In this document: piece after piece, positions 38,118 through 51,644 of the stretch
Numbering within the stretch: the first letter of the stretch is position 1
Layout of the letters: every line of letters starts with the position of its first letter
Origin: Vicugna vicugna
Taxonomy: Eukaryota
DNA: 64,000 nucleotides
Direction: 5' to 3'
Assembly: GCA_013265495.1 (NCBI GenBank)
Contig: MU057615.1
Span: 248,001 to 312,000 of the forward strand
Made by a program: the position numbers and the translations under genes
The notes under the pieces: generated by a model
The model's database searches: none
Told to the model about the DNA's origin: nothing
What the model saw: only the letters and a program-made list of their open reading frames with translations

Positions 38118-39440
38118 GTCCACGACCTTCTGGCCTGCAAGATTTCTGCTGAGAAACCCATTGGTAGTCTCTTTGAGGAGTCCTTGTGGGTAATGAGTTG
38201 CTTTTCTTTTACTGCTTTCAAGATTCTCTTTGTATTTGGATTTCAGCAGTTTATCTGTCTTTGTGTAGGTCTCACTGATTTATCCTAATTGTAGTTCATT
38301 GTTTGTCTTGTATTTGTATGCCCATGTCTCTCCTCAAATTTGGGACATTTTCAGCTGTTACTTCCTCAAATAGCCTCTCTGACCTTTTCTTTTTCCCTCC
38401 TCTTCTTCTGAGACTCCTTTAATGAATATATTGGTTGGCTTCATAGTATTTCATAAGTCCCTTAGACTCTGTCCACTTTTCTTCATTTTTTTTTCCCTGC
38501 TCATCAGACTCAATAAATTCAAATGACATGTTTTCGTATTTATAGATTCTTCTGCCTGTTAGAGTCTGCTGTGAACCCTTCTAGTGAATTTTTCAACTAG
38601 TTACTATGGTTTTAAGCTCCAGAATTTCTATTTTGTTCTATTTTACAATCTTTATCTTTATTTATATTCTCATTTTGGTCATGTATCATTTCTGTTATTT
38701 ACTTTAGCTCTTTGTTCGTATATTTTTTTAGTTCTTTGAGCGTACTTGAAACAGATTTTCAGGTCTTTGTTTAGTAAGTCCAATATGTGTTTCCTCCAGA
38801 GGCTATTTCTGGAGATTTATTTTGTTTTTTGAGATGTGCTGTGTTTCTGTTTCTTTGTATGTCTTGTGATCTTTTGTTGAAATTTGGGCATTTGAAACAT
38901 AGAGCCACATTCTGCATCTTTGAAGACTGTTGTGGAAGATCTTTACTAATTTGTAGACCTTTGAGCTTTGACATCAGTCCAGGGTAAATGCTTAAAGTCA
39001 TTTCAAATGTTTTAAGGGTGTGTCCCTTCTGGGACTCTCTGTGTGAGTGTGTGTGTGTGTATTTCCACCCTCTCCCAATTTTCTCTTGCTGCTTTTAAGT
39101 ACCTTAATTACCCCCCTCCCCAATTTCATCCCAGTTTCTTCTAGGGAGTTGAGGCATTCTTCTGCTTATAAGCTCTTGCCTGCAGACATCTACAAGTCTA
39201 CAGTCCCCTCCAGTGTTCATGCTCCACTATGTCTGCCACTGCCTTCCTGGACTTTCAGCCTGAGATAAAAATTACGCTGCCATTTCTATCGGGCTGAATG
39301 TCAGGTGAGGAGAATACCAGTTACTCGGGCAGCCCTCAGTCAGCCAAAGCATTTGAAATAATCTTCACTCTTCTCTTTCTGGTCTAAGGGAGGAAGCTAG
39401 GAATTGGACTCCTTCTCAACCACACCACGCCAGTGAAGGT
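38118..39440 (-). mobile_element. Ancient L1 5'UTR plus ORF1 fragment (L1M4/L1MB-like)
   Basis: CCTTCTGGCCTGCAAGATTTCTGCTGAGAAACCC...CTGCTTTCAAGATTCTCTTTGT is antisense ORF1 C-terminal region. Confidence 0.8.
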
Positions 39441-39479
39441 GTGAGAAATGTGTCATGAGACTGATTGGCTGCCGATGCT

Positions 39480-39630
39480 CATGCATTTTTGAGCATCTGG
39501 ATCATCCTTTTCTTAAGTCATATCTGGCTCTGATTTTGTCAGTTACACAATCCAGTAAATTATTTTTTTTTGTTTAAGTTAATCTGTATTTGATTTTATG
39601 ATTTGCAACTGAAAGAATCCTGACTTATAT
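39480..39630 (+). mobile_element. MaLR LTR 3' fragment (MLT1-like)
   Basis: TCAGTTACACAATCCAGTAAATT...TTTGCAACTGAAAGAATCCTGACTTATATA resembles the MLT1 3' terminus. Confidence 0.7.
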
Positions 39631-39642
39631 AGTATCCCTCTT

Positions 39643-40009
39643 TTAATAGGAATACAGTTGATTTTCAGTGTGTTAGTTTCTGGTGTACATCAGAGTGATT
39701 CATATATACATATTATTTTCCATTCTAGTTATTAAAAGATATTGAATGTAGTTCCCTGTGATATACATATCTATTTTATGTGTAGTAGTTTGTACTTGTT
39801 AACCCAAACTCCTAATTTAACCCTCTCCCCTTCCCATCTGGTACCCATAAGTTTGTGTCTGTGAGTCTGTTTCTGTTTTGTAAATAAGTTCATTTGTATC
39901 AGATTTTAGATCCATATGTAAGTGATATCATTTGATACTTGCCTTTCTCTGTCTGACTTCCTTCACTTAGTATGATCATCTCTAGGTCCATCCATGTTGC
40001 TGCAAATGT
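39643..40009 (-). mobile_element. 5'-truncated artiodactyl-type L1 3' end with TSD
   Basis: FAATWMDLEMIILSE. TSD TATAGT(A/G)TCC(C/T)TCTT at 39628-39642 and 40010-40024. Target reads TT/AAGA on the minus strand. Confidence 0.92.
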
Positions 40010-41749
40010 TATAGTGTCCTTCTTAAACAGAGCAATGCCACAAATCAACACCAAGAACATAAACAAAGCCCACAGTGCAATAGGGAGATTTGCATATAAT
40101 ACAAAAAGGAAATTCACATGGGGAAAATTGCAGATAGAAACTTAACACAAAATAAGCTTCACAGTATTAAACAGACAATATAAATGAAAACAGTGAGTTG
40201 CCATTTTAAATTATGAGATTAGCAAAAATTAAACTGCTTGAAAGTGTCCACTAGTGAATGTGTGGAAAGAGGCAATTTTATAATGACATAAATTGATACA
40301 CTTATCTTGAAAGTAACTTGACATTCAGTGCAAGTTTTATTTGAACCTGCTATCTCATTTCTACAATACCTACTCAGAGTAAGTTATTTAAATAATCCCT
40401 CAAGCTAAAAACTCAAATTTACTTTGGCAAAATACTTAACAAAAAATCAAATATTTAGTTTTCCTCTTTTCCTTTAGCAAACATTTAAAAAATTGACAGG
40501 ACACATTGTGGTGTATTCTCCTGCCAGGAGTATATAAAAATAGTCATGAAGTTAAGGAAATAGGTAAATAATTATTCAGAAACAAAGAATGTAATCTGTT
40601 ACACCTCTTATGCTATTTGTGTGCCAGGAATCTATTAAAGAATGTATGAAAAGTAAATGTTAATGTCAACGTATATATAAATTTCAGATGACGTTCCAAG
40701 TGAGATGTTTGCTTTTCTTATTGCTCTAACTTTTTAAAAATCAAATACATTTTGTGGTAAAATCAGATAGGAAAAATGGTGAGTTATATATCCTTTAATG
40801 AATAATTCTTCACAGATAACAATACCTCAAACTGATTTTGCTTCATTGATATATTATCCCACTGAAATTGGGAAAACCAACCACTATTGTGTATTTTTAA
40901 CATTACTTAATCTGTAGAAATAGATTATGAACTGTGAACATCTTGTAATTTGTAACATACGAGTTAAGAATGAACAAACCAAAAAACACAGTTTGGTAGT
41001 TTTTCTCCTTTAAAGACTAGACTTCAAACTGTTGACATGATTTTACTTGTTTTCATGTAATAAACATGAATTTACTAGATTAGTATTTAGCAGTATGCTA
41101 CGCACCAGGGTGTCCAACAACTTGACAGGGCCCCAGACACAAAGTTCATGGAGCAGCTGAAGGTGGGGAGCCTTCTCCTCCTGGTCCGTGTGCTGGCCTC
41201 GTGAGCCCTGGGGACGTCGGGCACCGTGTCTGTGCTCCTGTCCTGCTCACCCCTGCCGGTGTCCCTCAGCGATGCGGACCAGACCCAGAGGTCCGCTCCG
41301 TCTTTGCCTTCTGGCTAAGCCAAGAGAAAGAGTGAACGAAGTCCTTTGTTGGGACTTTGGTGTCCGCCTGGGGGTGAGGTGGTTTCTCACCACGTTTAGA
41401 GAGTCTGTGTTATTCTCCCTCAGACAGCAAACCACACCTGACACAGAGTGGAGGCCACGTATTTGCCCAACTTCTCAGAAGCCGTTGTAAATGAGAAAAA
41501 CGGCCCCCTTTTTCCATGCCCTCAGGAATTGTTTTCAAATCTTTGTCTAAAATGGGCTGATACAATCTCAGCCCCCTCACTGGGCAGTGTTGTTTGTGAA
41601 CCAGGTAGCTAGACCAGAGTGACCCCGGGGAGGAACATCGTTGGGGTATTTGCTCTGTTAACAGCAGACGCCTGGATGAGGATAACGTGCTGAAAGCCGG
41701 TGTAACGGTTAATTCCCAGTCCCACTGCATATCCTGTAGTCACTGTCTT

Positions 41750-44735
41750 TTGATTTCTTTGAAATAAGATTTACTTTTATAGAAAAATTGCAAAAATAGA
41801 GTCCCCACACACCCCATCTCCAGTATCTGTATTATTAACATTACACATTTTTCAAAATTAACAAACCAATATTGACATATTATTATTAACTAATGTCCAC
41901 ACTTTATTCAACATTTCCTTAGTTTTTGCCTCCCTGCCAGCCTCTCTGTGCTCTAGGAGTCCGTCTAGAGCACGATATTACACTTACTTGCCAGGTTTCC
42001 TTGGGCTCCTCTTGGCTATGATAGTTTGATCAGACTTTGTTTTTGATAACCTTAGCATTTACTTATATCAGTGTTAATTTATGGATATTTATTTCATACT
42101 TTGGTTTATAACACAGCTCTACTTTGTTTGCTGCTTAAATAGTTCCAGCATTGGCCATTGGGAAGTCTTTCAATTAGCTCTTTTGTCCCTTTGACACATG
42201 CAACAGTATTATTTAAAAAAAAAAAAACAAAAAACCACTTTCTTACTCTCTGGCACTACAAGACGGTCCAGGCTCATCTTGTGTGTTTATTTCCCCAGTC
42301 CTGGAGCCAGCCATTTCCCTCCTTTTGTTGGAGAACAGTGTTAGAAGTCAAGGTCTGGGTGTGAGGTATGCTCGCTTCTACTGAGGTGGTGATGTTTCTA
42401 AGTCCTCTCATCTGACAAAACAAACAAAATGTATGTGCGATAGTAGGATGAATAGATGACTCTCAAATGCATATAACTAAGTCTCTGAACCTCTCTACAT
42501 ACTGTGATTCCATTTACATGACCCGCTGGAAAATGTACATACACACATGTGTATTTCTCTGTGTAACTATACACATGGCTAAACAAGAGTCCATATTGAG
42601 GTCTCCAGTTCTAATCAGTTACAACATGATTCATTCTAGCATCTCCCCCTCACTGATCTCCAGACTCTCATTTCAGCAGTTAGAATCCTGGCTTCCATTT
42701 GCTTAATTCATCCACCGTTGCTTAATTGTTCAGTTCCAGTGCCGCACATAGAGTGATATCAGAGTTAACGCATACTCAGATGGAAACAACTGTATTCACT
42801 AGATTTTAGTACTTAAGAACAGTTCTTTTTTCCTCTAGACTTACAGACTCCATTCATTTCCAGTGTTTCCTAAGTCAACACATTTATCCCCCATCCCCTT
42901 CAGAGAGGTTGTTTTACACATTGGTAAGACAGATTCTTACGTCATTTTCTGGGTTCCTTTCTGGGATCCCCTAGCTTCCTAAATTTAAAAAATTTGCAGG
43001 CATTAAGATGGACTTGTAATTATGAAGTTCTGTGGGTTTTCACAAACACATACCTACCCTACAGGATACACATCTACCCTACAGGATACACATCTACCCT
43101 ACAGGATAGTTTCACCGCACTGAAAAATCACCTTCACTTCACTTATTCAACCCTCACCCCCCCTGAACACCTGGCAACCACTGATCTCTTTACATCTTTA
43201 TAGTTTGTACTTTTTCTGGAGTGGCATAAGATGGAATTACCCAGTATGTAACTTGTTTTTAGATGAGCTTCTTTGATCTAGCAATATGCATTTAAGATTC
43301 TTCTATACATTTTTGAGGCTTCATAGTTCATTCTTTCTTATCACTGAAGAATATTCCACTGCATGGCTGTACCATTATTTATCTGTTAAACTATTGGAAG
43401 AGATCTTGGTTGCTTTCAGTTTGGGGCAATTCTGATTAAGCCGCTAGAAACCTTTAGGTGCTGATTACATACAGTAGTAGAAAACTTCCCTATTTCTCCC
43501 TTCAGTCCTAGCGGTTTCTGCCTCATGTGCCTTTTGCTCTCTTTGAAGGTGCATGCGTGTTTAAGATGCCCATGTCTTCTTGGGGAATTTATCTCTTTAT
43601 CATTATATAATGCCCCTCTGTTTTGGTGATAATTCCCTTCTTCTGAAGTCTGATGTTTCTAAAATTAATAAAGGCATCTCAACTTTTTGGGTTACTCTTA
43701 ACATGTTATACATTTCTCCATTCCTTTGCTTTTAACCTATCTGAGACCTTACATTCAAAGTGAGTTTCTTGTTCTACTGTGACAATCTCTACATTTGGTG
43801 CACTTAGACCACTTGCAACCAAAGTGACGACTGACACAGCTGGGTGAACGTGTAACACAGTGTAGCTCTTCCCTTTTCAGTGCGTTTGTTTTTGTTCCTC
43901 CCCTCCTCATTTTCCACCTCCCCTGGCTTTAACTCAGCATTTTATACTGTCCATATTACCCGCTCTATTTGTATGCCATTAGACTTCTTTAAAAATTCCA
44001 ATGGCAGCCTTAGAGTTTGCAAGGTACTTTTTCAACTAAGCTAAATGCACCTTCAGATAACAATGTACCATTTCAGGTGAGTTCCATGGTTTCACCTCTT
44101 TGAGTTTCGTCACACAACTCCCTTGTCTCTACGACATAACCACCTAGTGAATAGTTACTACTATTGCTGTAAATAGACTTTTCTTTTAGATTGTTAAGAA
44201 TTAGGAACATAAAAAAATTATTTTATTTTCATTTATGCTTGTAGATCCATGTTTCTGACCTCTACCAAGTTTCCTTCTCCCTAAAGAACTTTAAAAAAAA
44301 ATATTTATTGCAAAACAGATCTTGTGGTGATAAAATCTCTTAGTTTTTGTTTTTCTGAGAAAATATTTATTCTTCACTTTTGAGGGATAAGTCTGTATGC
44401 AGAATTCTAGGCAGGGGGCTGTTTTTCTTTTAATACCTTAAATATTCTACTCCACCGTCTTACTGTGTGTGTGACTTATCTCTGTAAATCTTCCCCTTGT
44501 CCCTCAATAGCTAAAATGTCCCCACAGCCCCAGCTTCTTTCAAGATTTTCTCTCTTACTTTGACTATCTGCATTTTGAATATGATATGACTCAATGTGGG
44601 GTCTTAAGGACTTTGTATCTGGCATTAATTAGGAAGTTCTGAGCCATTACCATAAGTATAACTTCTGGGCTGTTCTCTCATCTCTTCCTAGTATATTCCT
44701 ATTATATATATATTAGACCTTTAGAAATTGTACCA
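41750..44735 (-). mobile_element. L1MD-like element(s): long 3'UTR (to about 43465) followed by EN-start, spacer and ORF1 sequence
   Basis: L1MD-type 3' terminus ATAGAAAAATTGCAAAAATAGAGTCCCCACACACCCC. Antisense EN motif TTTATCATTATATAATGCCCCTC. Spacer/ORF1 sequence resembles 21.6-22.4 kb. Confidence 0.75.
43054..43108. repeat. Perfect 20-bp tandem repeat CTACCCTACAGGATACACAT x2.75
   Basis: Read directly; units start at 43054, 43074 and 43094. Confidence 0.95.
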
Positions 44736-45389
44736 TTTTAGGTGTCTGGTAATAAGCAGGGAGTTGGTGTTTAGGAAAGACATGTTTTAAACAGTGACTT
44801 GGCACATTCTTCCTGATTTGATTAAACCCAGAGCCATCACGTTTAAAACAAAGCCTAGAATGAAATTTCATATTAGTATATTCATACATTTGGCCAGGAT
44901 ACATGCATATTCCCAAAAGACACCTCAGGTCTCCACAGGAATAGAAGGGGGGAGGGGAGTGTACAGAGTAGCAGTTGTGACCCTGGGTAAGATCGTGGAC
45001 AGCAGCCACTATCAGAAGGTCTCTGTGGTGGGCAAGGGTGGGTGCAGCCCTTCGGAAAGGACATTTAAGGGGCTGGCCTGCCAGCTGGGGAAATGGGAGG
45101 CAAGGCAGAGAGTGGGATGGAGATGTCCATGTGCTCTTCTCCAAACAACTGAATCTTTTCTCTATATTGTGGACACCCCATCGCACAGACCTCAAATACC
45201 CCTAATCATTTTATACAGAAAAAAAATTGTTGCTCAGAGCAATAGCAAAGGAAAAGACTCAGTCATGTTGGGACTTTCCTGCAGAAAGATATCCTTGATT
45301 TTTATTTTTCATATTTCTACACTTACTGAAAGAGATTAAAAACAATTTAACGATATTCAGTCAGAAAAATAGACTCTAGCATGATAATA

Positions 45390-45720
45390 TGTGTCCTGAG
45401 GGCTGGGGGACGTGGCTGGCTGATGTGCAGGTGGTGAAAGAATTTATCAAAGACAAAGAGTGAAAACAGAAAAGGAGTTTATTAGGTTGTGCTGTCAGAA
45501 GCAACAGTGAGCCGCACAGGTGAGAGGTGCCCGTGTGAGCCCCGAGGGCTGCCTACCAGGGTGTTTTACTGGGGAGGGTTACCTCAGGGAGCGCTCAAGT
45601 TTTTGATTGGCTGTAGGTGAGGTAAGAAGTTTAGGGTCCTTGAAGGGGTGGCAGGGTCTATGACTCTGATGAGGTGGAGACATGGGCTGAAAGCAGCTTG
45701 AGCTAGTGTGAGATCAGGCA
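45390..45720 (-). mobile_element. Probable degraded solo LTR; right boundary uncertain
   Basis: TGTG start. On the minus strand a CCAAT (GATTGG about 45605) precedes AATAAA (TTTATT about 45478) and a U5-like AAAGAATTTATCAAAGAC block. Confidence 0.5.
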
Positions 45721-46929
45721 TCACCTAGAGGGAAAACACGCCCAGAAAAGGATGTACTTGATGTGCTGAGGGATCGCAGGCAGACACGAGAGCCCAGGAG
45801 CAGGGGTGGTTGGACTTTGAAGGACACCAGTTGGCGCCACACTGAGGAATGTTTCGAATCTGATAAAAGCGCAGATTTCTTCTGTTACGTGTGTTTTTAG
45901 AACTGTGACCAGATGTGTTTGTTTTATTTCTTTCTATTTTTAAGGAAGAAAGCTGTTTTGTAAGTCCATAGACACCTTTATATCTATGGAGAATGTACCG
46001 CACTGTCAAATAAAGCAGGGTGTCCGGGGTCTTCTTTCTTTCCTCTGGCAGGATGTTGCCACCAAGCTGAGGACTCCACTCCCATATAATTTTTCTGCCT
46101 GAATTTCTGGGATCTCTAGAGTTGGGGGAAGGTATTACTGGAGTTGGGGTGGGTACCAAAAAGCTAATCACCTAAGGGAGAGCCTAATGTTTAAAGAAAT
46201 ATTTTAGATTTGTAACTGTCTGTGTTTTTGTCAATAAAAATATGTGATGGGGGCTCCATACACAAAATGCCCCAAACCACTGGACCCGTGACATTAGCTT
46301 TACAAGGAGTCCTATTCTGACATGCCTGTTTAGCTCTGGAGGGATTTTGCATTATTGTGTAATAAAAAGCAGCGGCAACAAAAATTAAAGAAAAAAACCA
46401 GAACTGATAAACTATCTAATTAGAAGAATTAACATAAATTAGTATGTGAAGGCATTATTTTCTGTATGCATGATTATCATTCTCCAAAATTAAAGACAGA
46501 GAAAGCTAGATTTGTTGAGATATAAAATTTAAAAAGAGGGAGAAACCCTTGTTTAGGCTTGAGGATACATCACTGGGCTGGACTGAAATTGCAGTGACTC
46601 TCATGTTCATTTACGCAATTTCTAGAGCTTACCCACTGAGGAGTTTTATTGAAGAATTTAAGTTTCTTATGTTTGGCCCAAAAATCATTTGAACAATTTG
46701 AGTTTTAGATTTCCTCTCCTTGGGTCTAATTTTATCCCAATGAAGCAGGAAAGCAGGGAGAAATGAATTTGACAGTATTGATACTGAATTATGTAATGCT
46801 TTGGATTTCTCAACTGAGAAAATGAGGAAGTGAGCAATATGTAGGAAGTGAGATTTTCTGACGGATATCGGAAATACAAATACACCCACAACTGGATGTC
46901 TCAACCACGTTAGGGGACTGACGCTCTCG

Positions 46930-47255
46930 TAAACTTAAATATGCACCTCCCCTATGATCCAGCAATCCCACTCCTGGCATTTATTCAAGAGAAATGAGAG
47001 CAAATACTCACCAAGAATGCTCTAGAACATGTACTGCAGCTTGGCTCATCAAAGCCCCAGATGCCAATCAACATAGAATGAGCAAACTGTCACACTCATA
47101 CAACTAAATGCTCCTCAGAAATAAAACAAAGACTAATGACATATGCATGACATGATGGGCCTATCAGATCTTAAGAAGCAGACACAAAAAAATGTATGCT
47201 GATTATTCTAACTAGATGGAGTTATAGAACATCAGAAAGTAATGCATAACAGTCA
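46930..47255 (+). mobile_element. Ancient L1 ORF2 end/3'UTR fragment (L1ME-like)
   Basis: CCCTATGATCCAGCAATCCCACTCCTGGCATTTATTCAAGAGAAATGA is the [19 protein letters not shown] motif. Confidence 0.8.
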
Positions 47256-48132
47256 CTATTCACTGGAACTACCCCCTAGGCTGCATACAGTTGTGATCCC
47301 AGGAAAGTCTTTTGTTTCAATTAAAATGTGCAGCACATCAAGTAATTAAGGTTTTCCTTCCATTTCAGCGCAAATATTATACATTTCTTATTGTTCAAAT
47401 TTCAAAGAGCTACCCAAAGGGTTGACTTCCTCTAAGATTTTGTATAATCTGGGTTCAACTACTTTCTTTCAACAGCTTTTAAACCTGTTATACAAATGAG
47501 TTTCCCATGTAATTCCGTGGAGGAATTGTATCCAATTTTCTTTATACTAAGGAAGTAATTTTCTGAAAGCATTTCTTCTCAGGTGCCTGTTTTATTTTGA
47601 GTTTCAAAAAATAGTCAGCATGCAAATATCATGAGCTGAAAGCTGTGTTTTCATCTAACTGCAGAGCAAAGCTCCCACACAGAGACATTTGTTCTAATAA
47701 TTGCTTCTTAAAACCTTCAGCAATGTTTCCTAAGGACAGCAATCCATATCAACAAAGGATTGCACTTTAGTCTGTTGCTAAATGGTTTTCCAGATATTAT
47801 ATCAGCCATTTTCATGGAAGCTAAAAGAGTACGTTTTCCAAAACAGTATGGGGACTTTTTTTGTTATGTAAGGACCACGTCTGTAGCATACAGGCTTAGT
47901 CTGGATTTCTAGGGCTCTTCCTTGCCTAATGTCCCCTACTAAGAAAAGGATAATTTTAACCCGAGTGGAAGGATACTCCATTCAACGGCCTTCTTTTGGT
48001 AGGTTTTTTTTTTTTGAAATAAAAATGCAACACTGATCAAGAGATGTAGGTGAACAGCCAGTTATTAACAAAGCAAAAAGCAAAACCACATTGGATTCAC
48101 TAAAAGTGGGAGAAAAGATGAGTGTCTGCGTG

Positions 48133-48680
48133 TGTTTTTTAATGTCAAAAATATATTGAGGCATAGCATATATACAGTAAAGTGACAAGTTGATGAATTC
48201 TCATATATATATATATTCATCCATGTGCCCACCGCTCAGATCAACTGATAAATCCTTTCCAGCACCCCACAGGGCTCCCTTGGGCTCTTTTCAGTCAACG
48301 CCGTCCCTTTACATACAAATCCCTCAGCAAAACCAACTGGCATTATGAATTCTATCTTTATTGATTGCTTTTATTTCTTTTTAAAGTTCCTGTAAATCAT
48401 ATCATTTTGTATGTAACCTTTTTTGATATCCTTTCTCATTCATCATTTTGTGTATGAGATTCATCCCTGTGTGTACAAATGGTTCATTTTTTATTGCTCT
48501 ATAAGATTCCAATGTATAAATGTACCATAATATTTTAATTTACTGTAATTTACAACTGAATTACTTCCAGCTTATGGATATTACCAACAAAGCTACAACA
48601 CCCTCTTGAATATATCTTTTTGTTCATACATGCATTATTTCTGTTGGGTGTACATCTGGGGGTTGGAGTTTTCTGTCTCT
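48133..48680 (-). mobile_element. Ancient L1 3'UTR (L1ME-like)
   Basis: ATTGAGGCATAGCATATACAGTAAAGTGACA...TGAGATTCATCCCTGT...GGTTCATTTTTTATTGCT. Confidence 0.7.
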
Positions 48681-48699
48681 GGGAAGATGGACTAGATAG

Positions 48700-48790
48700 A
48701 GCTAACCACACTGGTATCTTGATTTTAGCCCGATGAACCCAGTGTGACTTTTGACTTACAGAACTGTGAATAATAAATTTTCACGATTGC
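48700..48790 (+). mobile_element. MaLR LTR fragment (MLT1D-like)
   Basis: CTTGATTTTAGCCC...GACTTTTGACTTACAGAACTGTGAATAATAAATTT. Confidence 0.7.
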
Positions 48791-50260
48791 TTAGTATTTC
48801 ATCCTGTTTTAATCTATCATTCAATCTAAAGTGAGTCTATTATAGACAGTAAATCGTTGGATCATTTTTTTCCCACTCTTTAATCCATTTGGTCAGTGTC
48901 TACCTTTTAATTGGAATTTTAATTGGTTTTACATTTGATGTAATTGCATAAGGTATGGTTTAAATAATGTAATTAAATAAGATAGATAAAGTAGGATTTA
49001 CAGCTGGCATTTTCTATTTGTTTTCTATACGTCTTTTGTCTTTTTTGTTCTCTATTTCTCCACTACTGCCATCAAAAGATATTTATGTTAAATATGCATA
49101 TTCTAGTGCATCACTTTGATTCCCTCCTTTTCTGCCCTTTAAAATGCCCTGTTAAATGTTAAGAGTTTTCCCTGGAAACTTCATTAGCATCTTAACTTAA
49201 AACAGTCCAATTTAAATGATTACTAACTTAATTTATATAGTTCACAGAAGTTTTGCTTTAAAGTTTCTATAATATACAGCTCTTTTCTTCTCCCCTCAAT
49301 ATTACAATTGTTATAAAATTACATCTTTATACATTATAAGCCCACAAACACAGTTTAATAACTCTTGATTTATGCAGCTCTTTTTCAAATCACATGGGAG
49401 TGGAAAGCTTTTACGAAAATACATTGATTCTGTCTTGTACATTTAACTCTATGGTTACATGTGCGATAGCTCTTTACTTGCTTGTGTGGCTTGTTTGCTT
49501 AGTCTTTCCGTTTCAGCCTGAAGGCCCTTTGGAATTTCCTATAATGTAGGTGTGCTAATGACTGATCCTCTCAGACTTTAAGATCTTGGAATGTCTTAGT
49601 GTCTTCTTAATTTTTGAAGGATAATTTTGCTGACTCTAGAATTCTTGGTTGACAATACATTTCCTATGGCAACGTCAAATATGTCATCCCAGTGCCTTCT
49701 GACTTCCATTAATTCTCTTGAGAAGTCAGCCGTACTCATTGCTGATCCCTTGTACGTTATGAAATATTTTTCTCTTGTCGCTTTCAAGAGTATTCTTTGG
49801 CTATTGTCTTTTGTCAGTTTTGACTATGCTGTGTTTAGGTGTGGAAAATCTTAGAGTTTATGCTACTTGGAATTTATTGAGCTTCTTGGACATAGAGATG
49901 AATGTTTTACATTATATTTGGGGAGTTCTGAGGAAAGCATTTCTTCAAATTAGCTCTTCGTTCTTTTCTCTCTCCCTTTTCCTTCTGGAGTTTCTGTTAC
50001 ACAAATATTGATATGTTGGTGGTATCTCATAATCTCTGAGGCTCTGTTCATTTTTCTTCATTCTTATTTTTTTCAGGTCCTCGACTGAGTAATTTCAGTT
50101 GACCTAAAGTTTCCCAGCTCTTTCTTTTGACAACTCAAATCTGCTATTGAACTTCTTTGTAAATTTTCAATTTTACTCATTGTACTTTTTAAATCCCAGA
50201 ATGTTTGTTTGGTTCTTGTATGTAATTTCCACCTCTTTATTGTTAATCCATATTTGGGGA
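48790..50260 (-). mobile_element. Ancient L1 ORF1, spacer and ORF2 start
   Basis: ORF1 remnant LKATREKYFITYKGSAMSTADFSRELMEVRRHWDDIF. Confidence 0.85.
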
Positions 50261-50264
50261 AACT

Positions 50265-51300
50265 TAAGGACTTGTAATTATTGACAAGCTAATTCCAAAA
50301 TTTAGACGGAAAAATAAAGGAACAATAAAATCTAAACAATTTTGGAAAAAAAGAACAAAGTTTGAAGACTTACATTACCTCATATTATGTATTACTGTAA
50401 AGCTACAGCAGTCAACACTGTGTTATTGTCAAAAATATAGGCACTTAGATGTACCGAACTGAGACTCTGGCCTATTAACATAACCAATTGAATTTTGATA
50501 AACGTACAAGAGAAAAAAATAATCTTTTCAACAGATAGTACTAGAAAAACTGGACATCCATAATCAAATAGATGAACCTAGACACATACCTAAAACCTTA
50601 CATGAAAAAATAACTAAAATGGGTCACTGACATAAATATAAAATATAAACTTTAATATTTCTAGAAGAAAACATGATAGAATTTTTTCCTCATTCGGGGT
50701 TAGCCAGAAGATTTTCTGAGATACTACATCAAAAACATGACCTATAAAATGTAAAAAATTTGGTAAATTGGACTTATTAAATTTAAAACATTTTGCTCTG
50801 CACTTAAAAACTGCTCAGAGAATGAAAAGACAAGCTATGAATGGAGAAAAAATATTTGAAAATTATACTTGAACACAGGGCTGGTATCCAGAATATGAAG
50901 AACACTGAAGTCAACAATAAGAAAACAAACAATACACATAGATAAAATATTTAAAACAATCACTTCACTAAAAAAGGTACATGCTTCAAATATGTGTGTG
51001 AAAGATGTTCAGAATCATTTATCATTAGAGAATTGTAAGTTTAAACTCCATAGAGATATGGCTACATACCTGTTAGGTAAACTGTCATTTTGTAAAATGG
51101 AATACCAATTTACAAAAGCCAGTGAGGAAGTGGAGCAACCAGAGTTCTTATATATCTCCTCTGGAAAGCAAAATGGTACAGCTCCTTAAGAAAAGTCTAA
51201 AGTTTACATAAAGGTAAACATACACCTACTAAATTATTATCAGCATTCCTGCTTCCAGGAAATGGAAAAATATTCACAGATAAAAACATGCCCACAACAC
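50265..51300 (+). mobile_element. Ancient L1 ORF2 C-terminal fragment
   Basis: ATTGACAAGCTAATTCCAAAATTTA...AAGAACAAAGTTTGAAGACTTACATTACCT...GAGGAAGTGGAGCAACCAGAGTTC. Confidence 0.85.
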
Positions 51301-51497
51301 ATACACCCTGACATGGCACAGTGGGAGGCACTGTATAATTAAATAGCACTGAGTTCAGAAAAGGGCTTGCTGAGAGGCCAGCATGGATCCCACATATTTG
51401 CTGAATTTTTCAGAAGGTAGTAGTCGTCCTTGAAGTAGAGATAAAATCCACATTTCATGTGTATGCAGGAAGGGCTGTTCAAGCAGGGGAAATAGCA

Positions 51498-51644
51498 CCG
51501 TCGTCTGTTGCTATCTGTGGATTCCACATCTGCTGATACTGTGAGCCAACTGTTCTAGGTCAGTTTATGTAAACGATGCGAGCATTCACAGACTTGGAGA
51601 TGAGGGATCCTGGAACCAACCCCGTGGGTACCGAAGGGTGATTG
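51498..51644. mobile_element. TcMar-Tigger MITE (MER2-like, short)
   Basis: Degenerate TIRs CCGTCGTCTGTTGCTATCTGTGGATTCC and GGAACCAACCCCGTGGGTACCGAAGGGTGATTG, followed by TA. Confidence 0.7.

Noticed and set aside
43054..43108. CRISPR-like array
   Set aside because: Head-to-tail tandem units without spacers, in a mammalian L1.
44713..45339. Overlapping antisense ORFs of 181 aa and 160 aa in unique DNA
   Set aside because: Non-ATG starts and no recognisable domain or exon structure. Ribo-seq or PhyloCSF support would be needed.
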